From positions 233,165 to 297,164 of the forward strand of contig JAPLXS010000006.1 in the NCBI GenBank assembly GCA_026395965.1: a stretch of DNA of 64,000 nt, written 5' to 3'. The stretch comes from Candidatus Nomurabacteria bacterium (GTDB lineage: Bacteria; Patescibacteriota; Minisyncoccia; Phycocordibacterales; UBA9973). Below, one piece after another: positions 10,193 through 19,340 of the stretch. Below the pieces are notes generated by a model that did no database searches, had not been told where the DNA came from, and saw nothing but the letters and a program-made list of their open reading frames with translations. Each line of letters begins with the position of its first letter. Position 1 is the stretch's first letter. Position numbers and translations under genes: made by a program.

Positions 10193-10310
10193 CCCGTTAG
10201 AGATAGTCCCCCAAAGGTGGGACGTATCATATTGATTATTATTAATTATTTATACAGTTAGTAATTATACAAACCACCATTAGAATATAACGAACATATC
10301 TCTAACGGGA
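10192..10310 (-). other. Inverted-repeat leader element, site 1: TCCCGTTAGAGATA ... TATCTCTAACGGGA, 3' arm abutting the dnaA ATG
   Basis: 14-bp perfect IR separated by about 90 bp; same architecture at 18395-18672 and 42583-42703 with covarying outer positions. Confidence 0.6.
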
Positions 10311-10383
10311 TCCATAAGGACCATTATACATTGTTTTTTAATTACCCAACAATAAAATATCTTAATTAACATGTTGATATCAT

Positions 10384-10442
10384 GTGGATATGTTTTGCTT
10401 TCTATGTTGCAATATTCGACAATATAGTATATATTATCCAAT
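10384..10442. promoter_or_regulatory. DnaA-box-like 9-mers upstream of dnaA / rpmH
   Basis: tgtggatat 10384-10392 and ttatccaat 10434-10442. Confidence 0.4.
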
Positions 10443-10583
10443 ATGTCTCAAACGTACCAACCAAATAAAAGAAAAAGAGCTAAAACACACGGATTTCTAG
10501 TTCGTGCTAAAACACCAAACGGTAGAAAGGTAAATACTGCTCGTCGTCAAAAAGGTAGAGCAAACGTATCAGTAAAGAAATAA
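10443..10583 (+). CDS. rpmH: 50S ribosomal protein L34
   Basis: 46 aa [30 protein letters not shown]... below the ORF-track length cutoff; canonical rpmH-rnpA synteny. Confidence 0.9.
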   Translation: MSQTYQPNKRKRAKTHGFLVRAKTPNGRKVNTARRQKGRANVSVKK

Positions 10584-10585
10584 AC

Positions 10586-10906
10586 ATGCTTTCAAAGAAA
10601 AAACGGGTTACAAAAGGAGTTTTTAATATCCTACTAAAGGATGGAAAAACCTTTAGTAACTCGCTTTTTTTGTTTTATTTTATAAAAGCACAATCCCCTC
10701 ATTACGCAGTTGTGGCACCAAAGGGTATATTTAAAACAGCTACACAAAGAAATAAATATAGAAGGATTGGTTATAACATACTACGTTCTCTTCCTGTAAA
10801 ATCAGGTTCCGGTATTTTTATGTATAAGAAACCAGCTCTTATTGCTGAAAACAAAGATATTAAGGAAAGTATGGTTTCTTTGTTGAATAAAATAAATATT
10901 ATATAA
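10586..10906 (+). CDS. rnpA: RNase P protein component
   Basis: 106 aa basic protein directly after rpmH. Confidence 0.8.
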   Translation: MLSKKKRVTKGVFNILLKDGKTFSNSLFLFYFIKAQSPHYAVVAPKGIFKTATQRNKYRRIGYNILRSLPVKSGSGIFMYKKPALIAENKDIKESMVSLLNKINII

Positions 10907-10907
10907 A

Positions 10908-11114
10908 ATGGGTAAATCAATAATTTGGCTTATAAACATATACCAAAAAACACCCTTAAAATCACACTCATCGTGTGTTTTTTTACCAACTTGTTCTGAA
11001 TACACCAAACAATCAATTGTAAAATATGGAGCTTTTAAAGGGGTTTTACGAGGTATTATAAGGATATTTCGTTGCCATCCTTGGCAGAAAAATAGATATG
11101 ACCCGGTAAGATAG
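10908..11114 (+). CDS. yidD: Membrane protein insertion efficiency factor YidD
   Basis: 68 aa, motif CxFxPTCSEY...CHPW; synteny rnpA-yidD-yidC. Confidence 0.85.
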   Translation: MGKSIIWLINIYQKTPLKSHSSCVFLPTCSEYTKQSIVKYGAFKGVLRGIIRIFRCHPWQKNRYDPVR

Positions 11115-11240
11115 TTAATAATTAGGAATTAAGAATTACTAGTACCCAATAGGTCATTCTACTGAATGAGGCGTTTTGCTAAATCTGGAATTAAAAACCC
11201 CAATTAACCAAAATTCTTAATTCCTAATTTTTAATTATTT
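11115..11240. repeat. Inverted pair of heptamer arrays (11115-11140 forward, 11211-11240 reverse-complement) flanking a 70 bp core
   Basis: ttaataattaggaattaagaattact ... aaattcttaattcctaatttttaattattt. Confidence 0.6.
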
Positions 11241-11262
11241 TTTTTTATGATACAATAGGCTG

Positions 11263-12003
11263 ATGTCAGGACTATGGAATACTATATTTTATCAGCCAAT
11301 ATATAACATACTAATTTTAGCCATAAATAACCTTACTTTTGGTGATGTTGGTTTTGCTATTATTTTAGTTACAATTATTGTTAAATTGGCCCTATCTCCC
11401 CTCACTCGTAAATCTATAAAGAGCCAAATATTAATGAAGAGAATGGAACCAGAGATAAAACAGATCAAAAAAGACTTTCCAAACAAAGAAGAACAAGCAA
11501 AGAAAACATTTGAATTATATAAAAAATATGGAACAAACCCATTTTCAGGATGTTTAGTTGTATTATTACAATTACCAGTAATTTTTGCTCTTTACTTTGT
11601 TTTTTATAGAGGACTTGCTATTGACCCAAGTAAAATATATTCATTTATATCAACACCAACAAACCTGCACACAAATTTCTTGGGATTAATAGAAATGGGT
11701 CAAAGAAGCATGATCCTAGCTTTTTTTGCAGGATTAACACAGTTTATACAAGGATATCTTGCAACTCCAATCAAATCCAAACTCGAAATTGTTGGTCAAG
11801 TTGATCTGAATACCCCTAAAACGTTCCAAGAGCAACTGTCAGACAGTATGCAAATGAATGTAAGATATATCCTCCCTATCTTTATAACCTTTATAGCATG
11901 GCAGATTTCAGCAGCAGTAGCTTTATATTGGATTACAAGTAATACTTTTACTATTGTTCAAGAATGGTATATTCGAAAACAATTAGCTAAAAATGCAATA
12001 TAA
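11263..12003 (+). CDS. yidC: Membrane protein insertase YidC (short Gram-positive-type form)
   Basis: 246 aa, multiple TM helices, synteny. Confidence 0.85.
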   Translation: MSGLWNTIFYQPIYNILILAINNLTFGDVGFAIILVTIIVKLALSPLTRKSIKSQILMKRMEPEIKQIKKDFPNKEEQAKKTFELYKKYGTNPFSGCLVVLLQLPVIFALYFVFYRGLAIDPSKIYSFISTPTNLHTNFLGLIEMGQRSMILAFFAGLTQFIQGYLATPIKSKLEIVGQVDLNTPKTFQEQLSDSMQMNVRYILPIFITFIAWQISAAVALYWITSNTFTIVQEWYIRKQLAKNAI

Positions 12004-12009
12004 ACATAT

Positions 12010-12477
12010 ATGTATAAAGATAAAATAAAGGAGGCAGTTGAAAGTATATTTAAACATACAGCTTGTACTATTACAAAGTGTGATTTTTCAGAAGAGAGTG
12101 GAATGCTTTGGTGTATGATAGAAACACCAGATTCAAACTTTATGATAGGTAGAGATGGGGAAACATTACGCTCACTCAACCATATAATTCAAAAGATTGT
12201 AGAAAAAGATACAATAAAAACAGAAGAAAAAGGACCAAGTATATTTATCGATATAAACGGTTATCAAAAAAAGCGATTTGAGAATTTAAAGAACATAGCT
12301 CACATGATGGCAGAGAGAGCCCGTTATTTTAAAAGCAATATAGAGATAGATCCAATGCCCGCATTTGAAAGAAGAATAGTACACATGTTCTTGGAAGGCG
12401 CCAAAGATATCAAAACAGAGTCAGAGGGCTACGGACCTACGAGAAGAGTTGTTATAAAATACATAGAGAGTAATTAA
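12010..12477 (+). CDS. jag: Jag/KhpB RNA-binding protein (KH + R3H domains)
   Basis: R3H motif RRIVHMFLEG...GYGPTRRVVI; downstream of yidC. Confidence 0.8.
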   Translation: MYKDKIKEAVESIFKHTACTITKCDFSEESGMLWCMIETPDSNFMIGRDGETLRSLNHIIQKIVEKDTIKTEEKGPSIFIDINGYQKKRFENLKNIAHMMAERARYFKSNIEIDPMPAFERRIVHMFLEGAKDIKTESEGYGPTRRVVIKYIESN

Positions 12478-12634
12478 GAATTAATAATTACGAATTAGGA
12501 ATAAAAAATACCATGACAGTGTCATGGTATTTTTTATCTAGTATTATTTTTTTAATTTTTAATTATTGTTCTCTCCCCTATTCCAATTCCTAATTCCTAA
12601 TTCCTAATTCGTAATTATTAATTCTTAATTATTT
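12471..12634. repeat. Heptamer array (12471-12502), terminator hairpin (12503-12536), then inverted 8-unit heptamer array (12579-12634)
   Basis: taattaagaattaataattacgaattaggaata | aaaaaataccatgacagtgtcatggtatttttt | tattccaattcctaattcctaattcctaattcgtaattattaattcttaattattt; stop codons of jag and of the 503 aa gene lie inside the arrays. Confidence 0.7.
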
Positions 12635-14136
12635 AACCCCAACCCCCACAATGTTGAATCTTTTTTATTTGTAAAGAATAATGTTTTTTCTTGTTTGTCT
12701 AAAAATAAATTAGTTCCGTCTACTGGAGTTTCTGAAGTTGAATTAGCTATTGTTTCAGAATCTCCAGTTGTAGAATTTATTTTTATAAAAAAATCATCAA
12801 AAGAAACCAATCCTTGATACCAAGAGTCAGGATACTGATTTCCATTAATAACATTTGGAACACTACAGTAAATGGTTATATTGTCTATACTCCATACACA
12901 TTTGTCTGACAAACCATATCTATCTAGTTCTTTTGTAGTGTGTTTTTTAATATCAAAAATTGATAGTTTGGGGCCACTAGATGTAGATGTGCTAAACAAA
13001 ACAAGAGAACCATTGTGGTTTACTAAAGTGGTGAGCCCAGGTACTCCCCCAAAAACCTTTGTAGTAGTTTTAGTTGTTGTATTTAAAACAAAGATAGTGC
13101 CATTTGCAGTATAAGATGGTTTTGTTGTTAGATATATTTTTTGATTGTTATCCCATTGTGATAGCCATTCTGTAAAAGGAGAATTAAAAACTATATCTTT
13201 TTTTGTGTTTCCAAATGTTCCGACGACACCAGATGCACCGTTGTTGTTTTCTGTTATATAGAAAAATTTAGTTTTATCGATAGAAGTGCTAAAATCAGAA
13301 ATATTTTGAGGTAAAAATTCTCCAGACGGAGCACCAAGCGAAGCCATAAAACTATTTATAGATTTATCTTCTGAGAGATATCTGTAAACAAAAGTATTAC
13401 CTGTATTATCAAAAAAAGTTTCATAAATACTTGGAATTGTAGAATTTGAAATCTTCTCTTTGTTTTTTGTATCTAAAAACATTTTATATATGTGGCCGTT
13501 CATCCTCTCTACGTATCTTATAGAAGGAGCTATCTCTGTAGTTCTTATTGGTGTTGTTGCCCCACCTTGTGCTATTTTTGTAAAATATGGAGCTGTAAAA
13601 GTATCTATTTTTCCTGTAACTCCCAAGTTGTTTAATTTTTGGAAAGATTTTATTGCATCTACTGTTTTTTTATCTAAAACCCCAGTTGTTGCTAGTTGTG
13701 GTTTTAGAGAAAGTGTAGTATTTAGAAATTTTTGAATTTCAATTCTACCCGCTTTTGTATCAGGAGATATTACTACCCTAGCTGGCTCAGGAGCCTGTAC
13801 TACTTGCGTATTTGGATTAACTGCTATTGGTCTTATATCGTCCAAAAAGGTGGCACCAGCAACAGAAAAGTCTGTTATTTGGTAGAACTTATTGACTGGT
13901 GTTGTAGATGTTCCTTGGTCTTGATTTTGAACTTCAGTTGATGTTTCATTGTTTGTAATAGGTGTTGTTGCAACCTGGCTACCATTACCAAAAGGGTTAA
14001 AACTTTGATACCAAGATGATTGGGTGTTTGTAGTACTAACACTAGGATTCTTGCTAGACCAAAAGTAAAAACCAAGGATAATTATCCCTACTATTATAAA
14101 TGTTGTTATAAAAATGATTTTTGTTTTTTGTGGCAT
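12625..14136 (-). CDS. Membrane-anchored secreted protein with peptidoglycan-binding domain and beta-rich C-terminal region
   Basis: N-terminal TM, T/S/Q-rich linker, PG_binding_1-like LATTGVLDKKTVDAIKSFQKLNNLGVTGKIDTFTAPYF. Confidence 0.55.
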   Translation of the reverse strand: MPQKTKIIFITTFIIVGIIILGFYFWSSKNPSVSTTNTQSSWYQSFNPFGNGSQVATTPITNNETSTEVQNQDQGTSTTPVNKFYQITDFSVAGATFLDDIRPIAVNPNTQVVQAPEPARVVISPDTKAGRIEIQKFLNTTLSLKPQLATTGVLDKKTVDAIKSFQKLNNLGVTGKIDTFTAPYFTKIAQGGATTPIRTTEIAPSIRYVERMNGHIYKMFLDTKNKEKISNSTIPSIYETFFDNTGNTFVYRYLSEDKSINSFMASLGAPSGEFLPQNISDFSTSIDKTKFFYITENNNGASGVVGTFGNTKKDIVFNSPFTEWLSQWDNNQKIYLTTKPSYTANGTIFVLNTTTKTTTKVFGGVPGLTTLVNHNGSLVLFSTSTSSGPKLSIFDIKKHTTKELDRYGLSDKCVWSIDNITIYCSVPNVINGNQYPDSWYQGLVSFDDFFIKINSTTGDSETIANSTSETPVDGTNLFLDKQEKTLFFTNKKDSTLWGLGLNN

Positions 14137-14147
14137 ATGTTTTTAAA

Positions 14148-15392
14148 TTAATGACCAGCATTAGGTCCAGTTGACCAATGCCAATTTTCTTTGGGTAAAT
14201 TCTTGAATCCATAGTTTATCGCATTTTTTTGTAGCCAAGTAAAACATTCTTTTGTGCTGGCTACTTTTTCAAATTTAGGATTTTGATTATCCCAATTAAT
14301 CAATTTTCCGTTACATTTTAAATCAACCGCAAGACCTTGCTCATGGTTTGATGTTCCTGGTTTTGCTGTTTGGGGTTTACATGAACTAGCGGGAACTGTT
14401 AACTTTGGGGCTGGGCAGTTTTTATTTCTTAGTGCTGTTTGCTCATCAAGTGACCTATATCCCCCTCCAGATAAAGTTATACCACCTAAATTAAAAGCAT
14501 CAGCAATCATAAGTTGAAGTTTTGGAGCGTAAGCAGAACAAAATCTAAAATTAGCTGTTTTTGTTTGTACCATTCTTGTTCCACCCGGGCAGTTATCAAA
14601 ACTATTTTTAGTTGGAGCTAAAGAACCCTCGTCTGATAGTATTGGTATTTCTTCTTCTTCTATTCCTGCAGTAACCGGATCGATTTTTACCCCTCCCCCT
14701 CCTAGTAGGTCTGGGTTGATAGTGTTTAATAAAGCATAAGAACCTAGTGCTATAAGTAGTCCAAGTATTGAGTTTTTTATTCTACCTTTTGCTTCTGTTT
14801 TACCAAAAATTGATTCATTACCCATATATTGAACACCACCTATAACAATCATTATAACAGCGAGCACAGCACAGAGACCTATGGCGATATTAAATATTGA
14901 ATTAAAATAAGTACCAATATTATCTGGTGCTGTTTTCATTCCTCCTATAGGAGCGAGGAGATTATAAACTTTTTCAGAAAATGTACCTGAAGAAGTTGTT
15001 CCTGGTGTTATGGTAACAACTTGTGTCTCTGTGGGGATAACAACAGCAGGAGTAACTTGTTCTGCGTGAGTTTGACTATCTAGTATTTTATAGAAGCATC
15101 CTTTTTTTAGTTCTAGTATTTTTTCTTGTGCAGTTCCCCCGTAAATTTCTGAATTAACCATTACTTTTTTGTCGTTATTGCAAGTCTGAAAAGCAGCTAT
15201 ATTTTTTGACACATTATGAGTATCAGAATAAGGAGATGTGTAGGGCTCTGTAGCTCCTTTCAATGGTATAGTAAAATAATAAACAGTGTCTGTTATTGCG
15301 CTAACTGTTTTTATTAATGAAAAAAATATAAATAAATATATAAATATATAAAATAATTTTTTATTTTTTGTTTGAGATTTATTTTTTTTCAT
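14148..15392 (-). CDS. Membrane protein with paired hydrophobic helices and C-terminal M15 (VanY-like, LAS family) zinc peptidase domain; putative secretion-system-associated cell-wall hydrolase
   Basis: N-terminal signal/TM, two hydrophobic helices IFNIAIGLCAVLAVIMIVIGG / ILGLLIALGSYALL, Gly-rich linker, M15 motif SNHEQGLAVDL. Confidence 0.6.
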   Translation of the reverse strand: MKKNKSQTKNKKLFYIFIYLFIFFSLIKTVSAITDTVYYFTIPLKGATEPYTSPYSDTHNVSKNIAAFQTCNNDKKVMVNSEIYGGTAQEKILELKKGCFYKILDSQTHAEQVTPAVVIPTETQVVTITPGTTSSGTFSEKVYNLLAPIGGMKTAPDNIGTYFNSIFNIAIGLCAVLAVIMIVIGGVQYMGNESIFGKTEAKGRIKNSILGLLIALGSYALLNTINPDLLGGGGVKIDPVTAGIEEEEIPILSDEGSLAPTKNSFDNCPGGTRMVQTKTANFRFCSAYAPKLQLMIADAFNLGGITLSGGGYRSLDEQTALRNKNCPAPKLTVPASSCKPQTAKPGTSNHEQGLAVDLKCNGKLINWDNQNPKFEKVASTKECFTWLQKNAINYGFKNLPKENWHWSTGPNAGH

Positions 15393-15393
15393 A

Positions 15394-16425
15394 TTATAGA
15401 TTTATTAATAATTCATTACTTATTGTTTGAAACAATTCATTTATATTTTCAACTTTGAAATTAATTGTTGCATACCCTCCACGCGAAGACGGTCTAACTG
15501 TGAGCTCTGTTTTTCTAGAAGGAGTATCAACATCTTCACCATTTATTTTCCAGTTGTATGAAAAATCAGATTTATTGCCTTTTAGGGACATAAAATACGG
15601 TTCAGCAACAAGAGTCATTTCATCTTCTAGCATAAAAGTTTCTTTATCTAGTGCATTGTTGTAAAGAACACCTTCTGTTGGAGATTTTTTATAAAAAACT
15701 ATTTTTGGTTTGTATGCTTGTACTTCTGTAGTATTTTCAGCACTGTAATTACCACTAACAGCAGAAGCAACAACTGTTATTTCATTTTTCTGGTCAAACA
15801 TATCACTTTTAAAAAGATACGAATTTTTGTTGTATCCAGAAACTGATTGGTCTACTTCTCCATTTTTTTTCCAAGTATAAGAAATACTTCCATTGCCAGA
15901 TTTTATACTAGATGTATTTGGGATAGCTACAACACGTATAAAACTACCAACAGTTGGTAATATTTTTCCTTTATAAAATGGTGGAGCATATCCATCAACA
16001 GACTCCCACATTGTTTCTATTTCTGATGGAACTATTACAATTTTTTTGTTTATGGTTGTGACAGAACCAACTGGTTGAATATTTATATTTATAACACTAG
16101 CTGTATCTGGGCCAAGTGCTTTAAAAGAGTAGCTAAGTTTTCCTATTCCAGCGAGAACTGTAACACCCCCAGTTTGCCATGTTATTATTGCTTTGTTTAA
16201 GTCAGTAGCATAACTAGAAATATTTATAGTTACATCTTCGTATGGCTGAGGATTACTAGGGATTGTTTCTACGCTGATTTCCCCTTCTTGTACTTGAATC
16301 TGTGGTTCAGCAAAAGAAAAATAAGGCATACTTATTATTCCTATAATAAAAATACCAAAGATAAAAAATTTTATTTTCATGAATTTCACTAGATATATTA
16401 TATAATAATCTTGTAAATCAAACAA
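15394..16425 (-). CDS. Secreted hypothetical protein (signal peptide, beta-rich)
   Basis: N-terminal MKIKFFIFGIFIIGIISMPYFSFA; no recognisable catalytic motif. Confidence 0.5.
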   Translation of the reverse strand: MFDLQDYYIIYLVKFMKIKFFIFGIFIIGIISMPYFSFAEPQIQVQEGEISVETIPSNPQPYEDVTINISSYATDLNKAIITWQTGGVTVLAGIGKLSYSFKALGPDTASVININIQPVGSVTTINKKIVIVPSEIETMWESVDGYAPPFYKGKILPTVGSFIRVVAIPNTSSIKSGNGSISYTWKKNGEVDQSVSGYNKNSYLFKSDMFDQKNEITVVASAVSGNYSAENTTEVQAYKPKIVFYKKSPTEGVLYNNALDKETFMLEDEMTLVAEPYFMSLKGNKSDFSYNWKINGEDVDTPSRKTELTVRPSSRGGYATINFKVENINELFQTISNELLINL

Positions 16426-16565
16426 GAAAATTAAAGATATTGATACATATTTTGTGTAATTAATAAAATTATTTCCTCTTTACCCCAAAGGGGCACTACG
16501 AGATAAATAATTTTATTAATTACACAAAATAATACCTATAATAAATAGACGTTGGACGTCTATTT

Positions 16566-18395
16566 TTATGAATTTGTTGAAAGTAAGTCTTTCTTGGCTT
16601 TTTGAATAGCAAGTATTTGTGATGGATCTGAAGTAATGATCTGGTCCTCTGTATAAGAAGCTATTGTTTTAATAGCAACGTGTTTTAGCCCAGCAAAGAA
16701 TATACCCTCGCCTACATTTGCTTCAAGTAAGAGGTATTTTTCTTCATCTGTGAGGTTGAAAGTCTTTTGTAATACATCTATGGTTGCTGGGGATTGTTTC
16801 AAGAGTAGTTGAATAGATGAGTTTGTAACAATAGGTATACCATAAGGACTTTTCATAAAATCTCCTACGTCCTGAGTGATAGTAGCAAGACCTAGATAGT
16901 ATTTACGTCCTCTTTTTGCAATAGAATACAAGAAAGAAGCAGTATCTTCTGATTTCATCATCCACCAAGCCTCATCAACTACGAGCAATCTCTTTTTGAT
17001 ATTTTTACGGATAGAATTCCAAATATAGTGAGTGATTATATACATTGCGACAGGCTTAAGCTCATCCTCCATGTCTCTAACAGAAAAAACAATAAATTTT
17101 CTATTTATATCTACGTTTGAAGGCTGGTTTAAGAATGAAGCCCAAGAACCATGAGTATATTTTACCAATCTCTGCATAAGAGACTCACTTCCCTCCATAC
17201 CAGAAAGAACTACTTCAAAGTCTGAGAGCATTGGAGGTTCAATATTCATGAAATCTGAATTGGTTGTTATGTCTTTCAAGGCATAAGTTTCAGTAATAGC
17301 AGAGTCAACAAGTGAATCTTCTTCTGGTGTAAGTCCACCAAGCATTATTCTAAATAGACCAACAAGATTTATGGTATTTGCACGGAGTACATCAGCACCA
17401 GTTTCATCTCCTGTAGGTATTGGTAAGTCAAAAGGGTTTATGTGGTGGTCTGAAGAAAGAGCAATGTTGAAATATCTACCTCCCACTGCTTCTGCTAGGT
17501 ATTCGTATTCGCGTTCAGGGTCTATAACAATAACTTCTGTATCAAACATCAAAGTACGAATAATCTCTAGTTTTGTGGCATAAGATTTACCTGCACCAGC
17601 TGTAGCAAAGGTAATAGAGTTGTAGTTTGGTAAAGAAAATCTATCAAAAAGTATAAGACTAGAGTTATGACGGTTTACCCCATATAGTATTCCCCTATCT
17701 TCTGTTAGGTCAAAGGATACAAATGGGAAAATACTTGAAAGAGGTTCAGTATTTAGTTTTTGGTGTATACCTAAAATATCTGTACCTAATGGTATGACAC
17801 TTTTGAAGCCCTCATTTTGTTGAAATAATGCAGGTTTAAGATAAATAAGCTTTGAATCTAGAAGAGATTTTATCTCGTTCTCAATTTTAAATAAATCATT
17901 GTCATTCTCGGCATATACAGTGATATAAAGCCCGACATCAAACATTTTCTCTTGAGCTTGCATTAGATTGTTTCTCAAATCCTCTAGGTCTCTGTATGCT
18001 GTATCTAGCATCGGGTCACGAACGAGACCTTTTGATTCACGAATAGAAATCTGACTTTGAACCTCAGCTACTTTTTTCTGGAAAGATCTCATTATTTCTG
18101 CTGTATCTATAGGATGAATAAAAATAGAAATATCATAAACCTTGTCCAGGTTTATGATTGGAGAAAACCAGTTGTCACTGAGGTATCTTGGGTATGATAT
18201 TACGAAAAATGTTCTAGCTATTTTATCTCCAAGATTTAAAGATTTTGGTGTTATTTGAAGAGCAGAAGGAGCAATAATATCTTGTAGCTCAAGAGTTGCA
18301 GCTTTGTAGATTTCACTAGGCAAAACAGGCATAACCATACTTCGGTTATTTTTAAGATCGTCCCCTTTTCCAAATAATGATGAAAATATTGACAT
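16566..18395 (-). CDS. VirB4/PrgJ-type type IV secretion ATPase, central + ATPase portion (apparent C-terminal fragment of a split gene)
   Basis: VirB4 mid-region ARTFFVISYPRYL, Walker A ATAGAGKSYATK, Walker B RLLVVDEAWWMM. Confidence 0.8.
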   Translation of the reverse strand: MSIFSSLFGKGDDLKNNRSMVMPVLPSEIYKAATLELQDIIAPSALQITPKSLNLGDKIARTFFVISYPRYLSDNWFSPIINLDKVYDISIFIHPIDTAEIMRSFQKKVAEVQSQISIRESKGLVRDPMLDTAYRDLEDLRNNLMQAQEKMFDVGLYITVYAENDNDLFKIENEIKSLLDSKLIYLKPALFQQNEGFKSVIPLGTDILGIHQKLNTEPLSSIFPFVSFDLTEDRGILYGVNRHNSSLILFDRFSLPNYNSITFATAGAGKSYATKLEIIRTLMFDTEVIVIDPEREYEYLAEAVGGRYFNIALSSDHHINPFDLPIPTGDETGADVLRANTINLVGLFRIMLGGLTPEEDSLVDSAITETYALKDITTNSDFMNIEPPMLSDFEVVLSGMEGSESLMQRLVKYTHGSWASFLNQPSNVDINRKFIVFSVRDMEDELKPVAMYIITHYIWNSIRKNIKKRLLVVDEAWWMMKSEDTASFLYSIAKRGRKYYLGLATITQDVGDFMKSPYGIPIVTNSSIQLLLKQSPATIDVLQKTFNLTDEEKYLLLEANVGEGIFFAGLKHVAIKTIASYTEDQIITSDPSQILAIQKAKKDLLSTNS

Positions 18396-18672
18396 CCCGT
18401 TAGAGATAGGAAGCGCCTAATCTGTTTTTAAGATAACGCTTACCCATTCCCGATTTTAAATATAATTCTCTCGACCGAGCTTTTTTCTCGCTCTTACATG
18501 CTTCATAATAAATAATTTCAAACGGACCTCTTCCTTTTGTATAAGTAGACAAACCATTGTTGTGTTGCAGAAGGCGTTTCCGTAAATCTTTTGTACTTCC
18601 TGTGTATATATTACCATCTTTTTTACTTTTTAATATATAAGTGTAATAAAACATATATAATCTCTAACGGGA
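18395..18672 (-). other. Inverted-repeat leader element, site 2 (TCCCGTTAGAGAT ... ATCTCTAACGGGA) with GIY-YIG gene nested between the arms
   Basis: 13-bp perfect IR; GIY-YIG ATG 5 nt inside the upstream arm, its TAA stop inside the downstream arm, which directly abuts the VirB4 ATPase ORF ATG. Confidence 0.6.
18400..18654 (-). CDS. Small GIY-YIG nuclease family protein (UPF0213/YhbQ-like)
   Basis: FYYTYILKSKKDGNIYTGSTKDLRKRLLQHNNG...YTKGRGPFEIIYYE, 84 aa. Confidence 0.8.
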   Translation of the reverse strand: MFYYTYILKSKKDGNIYTGSTKDLRKRLLQHNNGLSTYTKGRGPFEIIYYEACKSEKKARSRELYLKSGMGKRYLKNRLGASYL

Positions 18673-18683
18673 CCAGTATAATA

Positions 18684-19337
18684 TTATTGTAGTTTCATTC
18701 CTTGGCTAGTGTCGCCAGGGTTAAATGTTTTATAAAAAAGCTCGACTACTTGGTCTGTTTTAAGTTGAGAAGTTCTGATGCCTACTCTACCAAGACCACT
18801 GATAATAACACCTACTCTCTGGTCGAGCTGTGTACGCTTCTCCTCAAATGAAGCCATATCCATTGCCTTTTTTGTATCTTCTATTTGTTTTTTTGGAGCA
18901 CCGCTTCCCATAAAACTATCCATCATTTTATTGCTAGACTTTATAACATTTGCACTGTAAGGTACAACAATAAAAAAAGTTTTTGTCATTATATTTACTT
19001 CGTCAGTAAATGATTTTATGAAGTCTATGTATTCTTTGGTTTGTATTTTTAAAAGAGGCTCTGTTTGCTCTTTTAATCTTTCTTCTAGGGTCATTAGGTA
19101 TGGGCGTATGTCCAATCTGCGTGATTGCATACATATTTGAGTTGGAAAATCTAAACCGTTGAGAAAATTTTGGAACTCACTTATGATAGCTGTTTGTTCG
19201 TCTGCTGATTTAAGAGATAAGTTTAGAGAAGATGCTAGTAGTATAGAACGAAGACCACCATCCTTTAGTATGATGATGCCATTTCTTACTTCTTTAATTG
19301 GTACAAACTCCTGAGAGCTTTTTGCATCTATTGCCAT
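18684..19337 (-). CDS. VirB4/PrgJ N-terminal domain protein (apparent N-terminal fragment of split VirB4)
   Basis: Gram-positive VirB4 N-terminal pattern QEFVPI..NGIIILKDG...LNLSL...EQTAIISEFQNFLNGLD..TQI. Confidence 0.55.
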   Translation of the reverse strand: MAIDAKSSQEFVPIKEVRNGIIILKDGGLRSILLASSLNLSLKSADEQTAIISEFQNFLNGLDFPTQICMQSRRLDIRPYLMTLEERLKEQTEPLLKIQTKEYIDFIKSFTDEVNIMTKTFFIVVPYSANVIKSSNKMMDSFMGSGAPKKQIEDTKKAMDMASFEEKRTQLDQRVGVIISGLGRVGIRTSQLKTDQVVELFYKTFNPGDTSQGMKLQ

Positions 19338-19340
19338 ATA

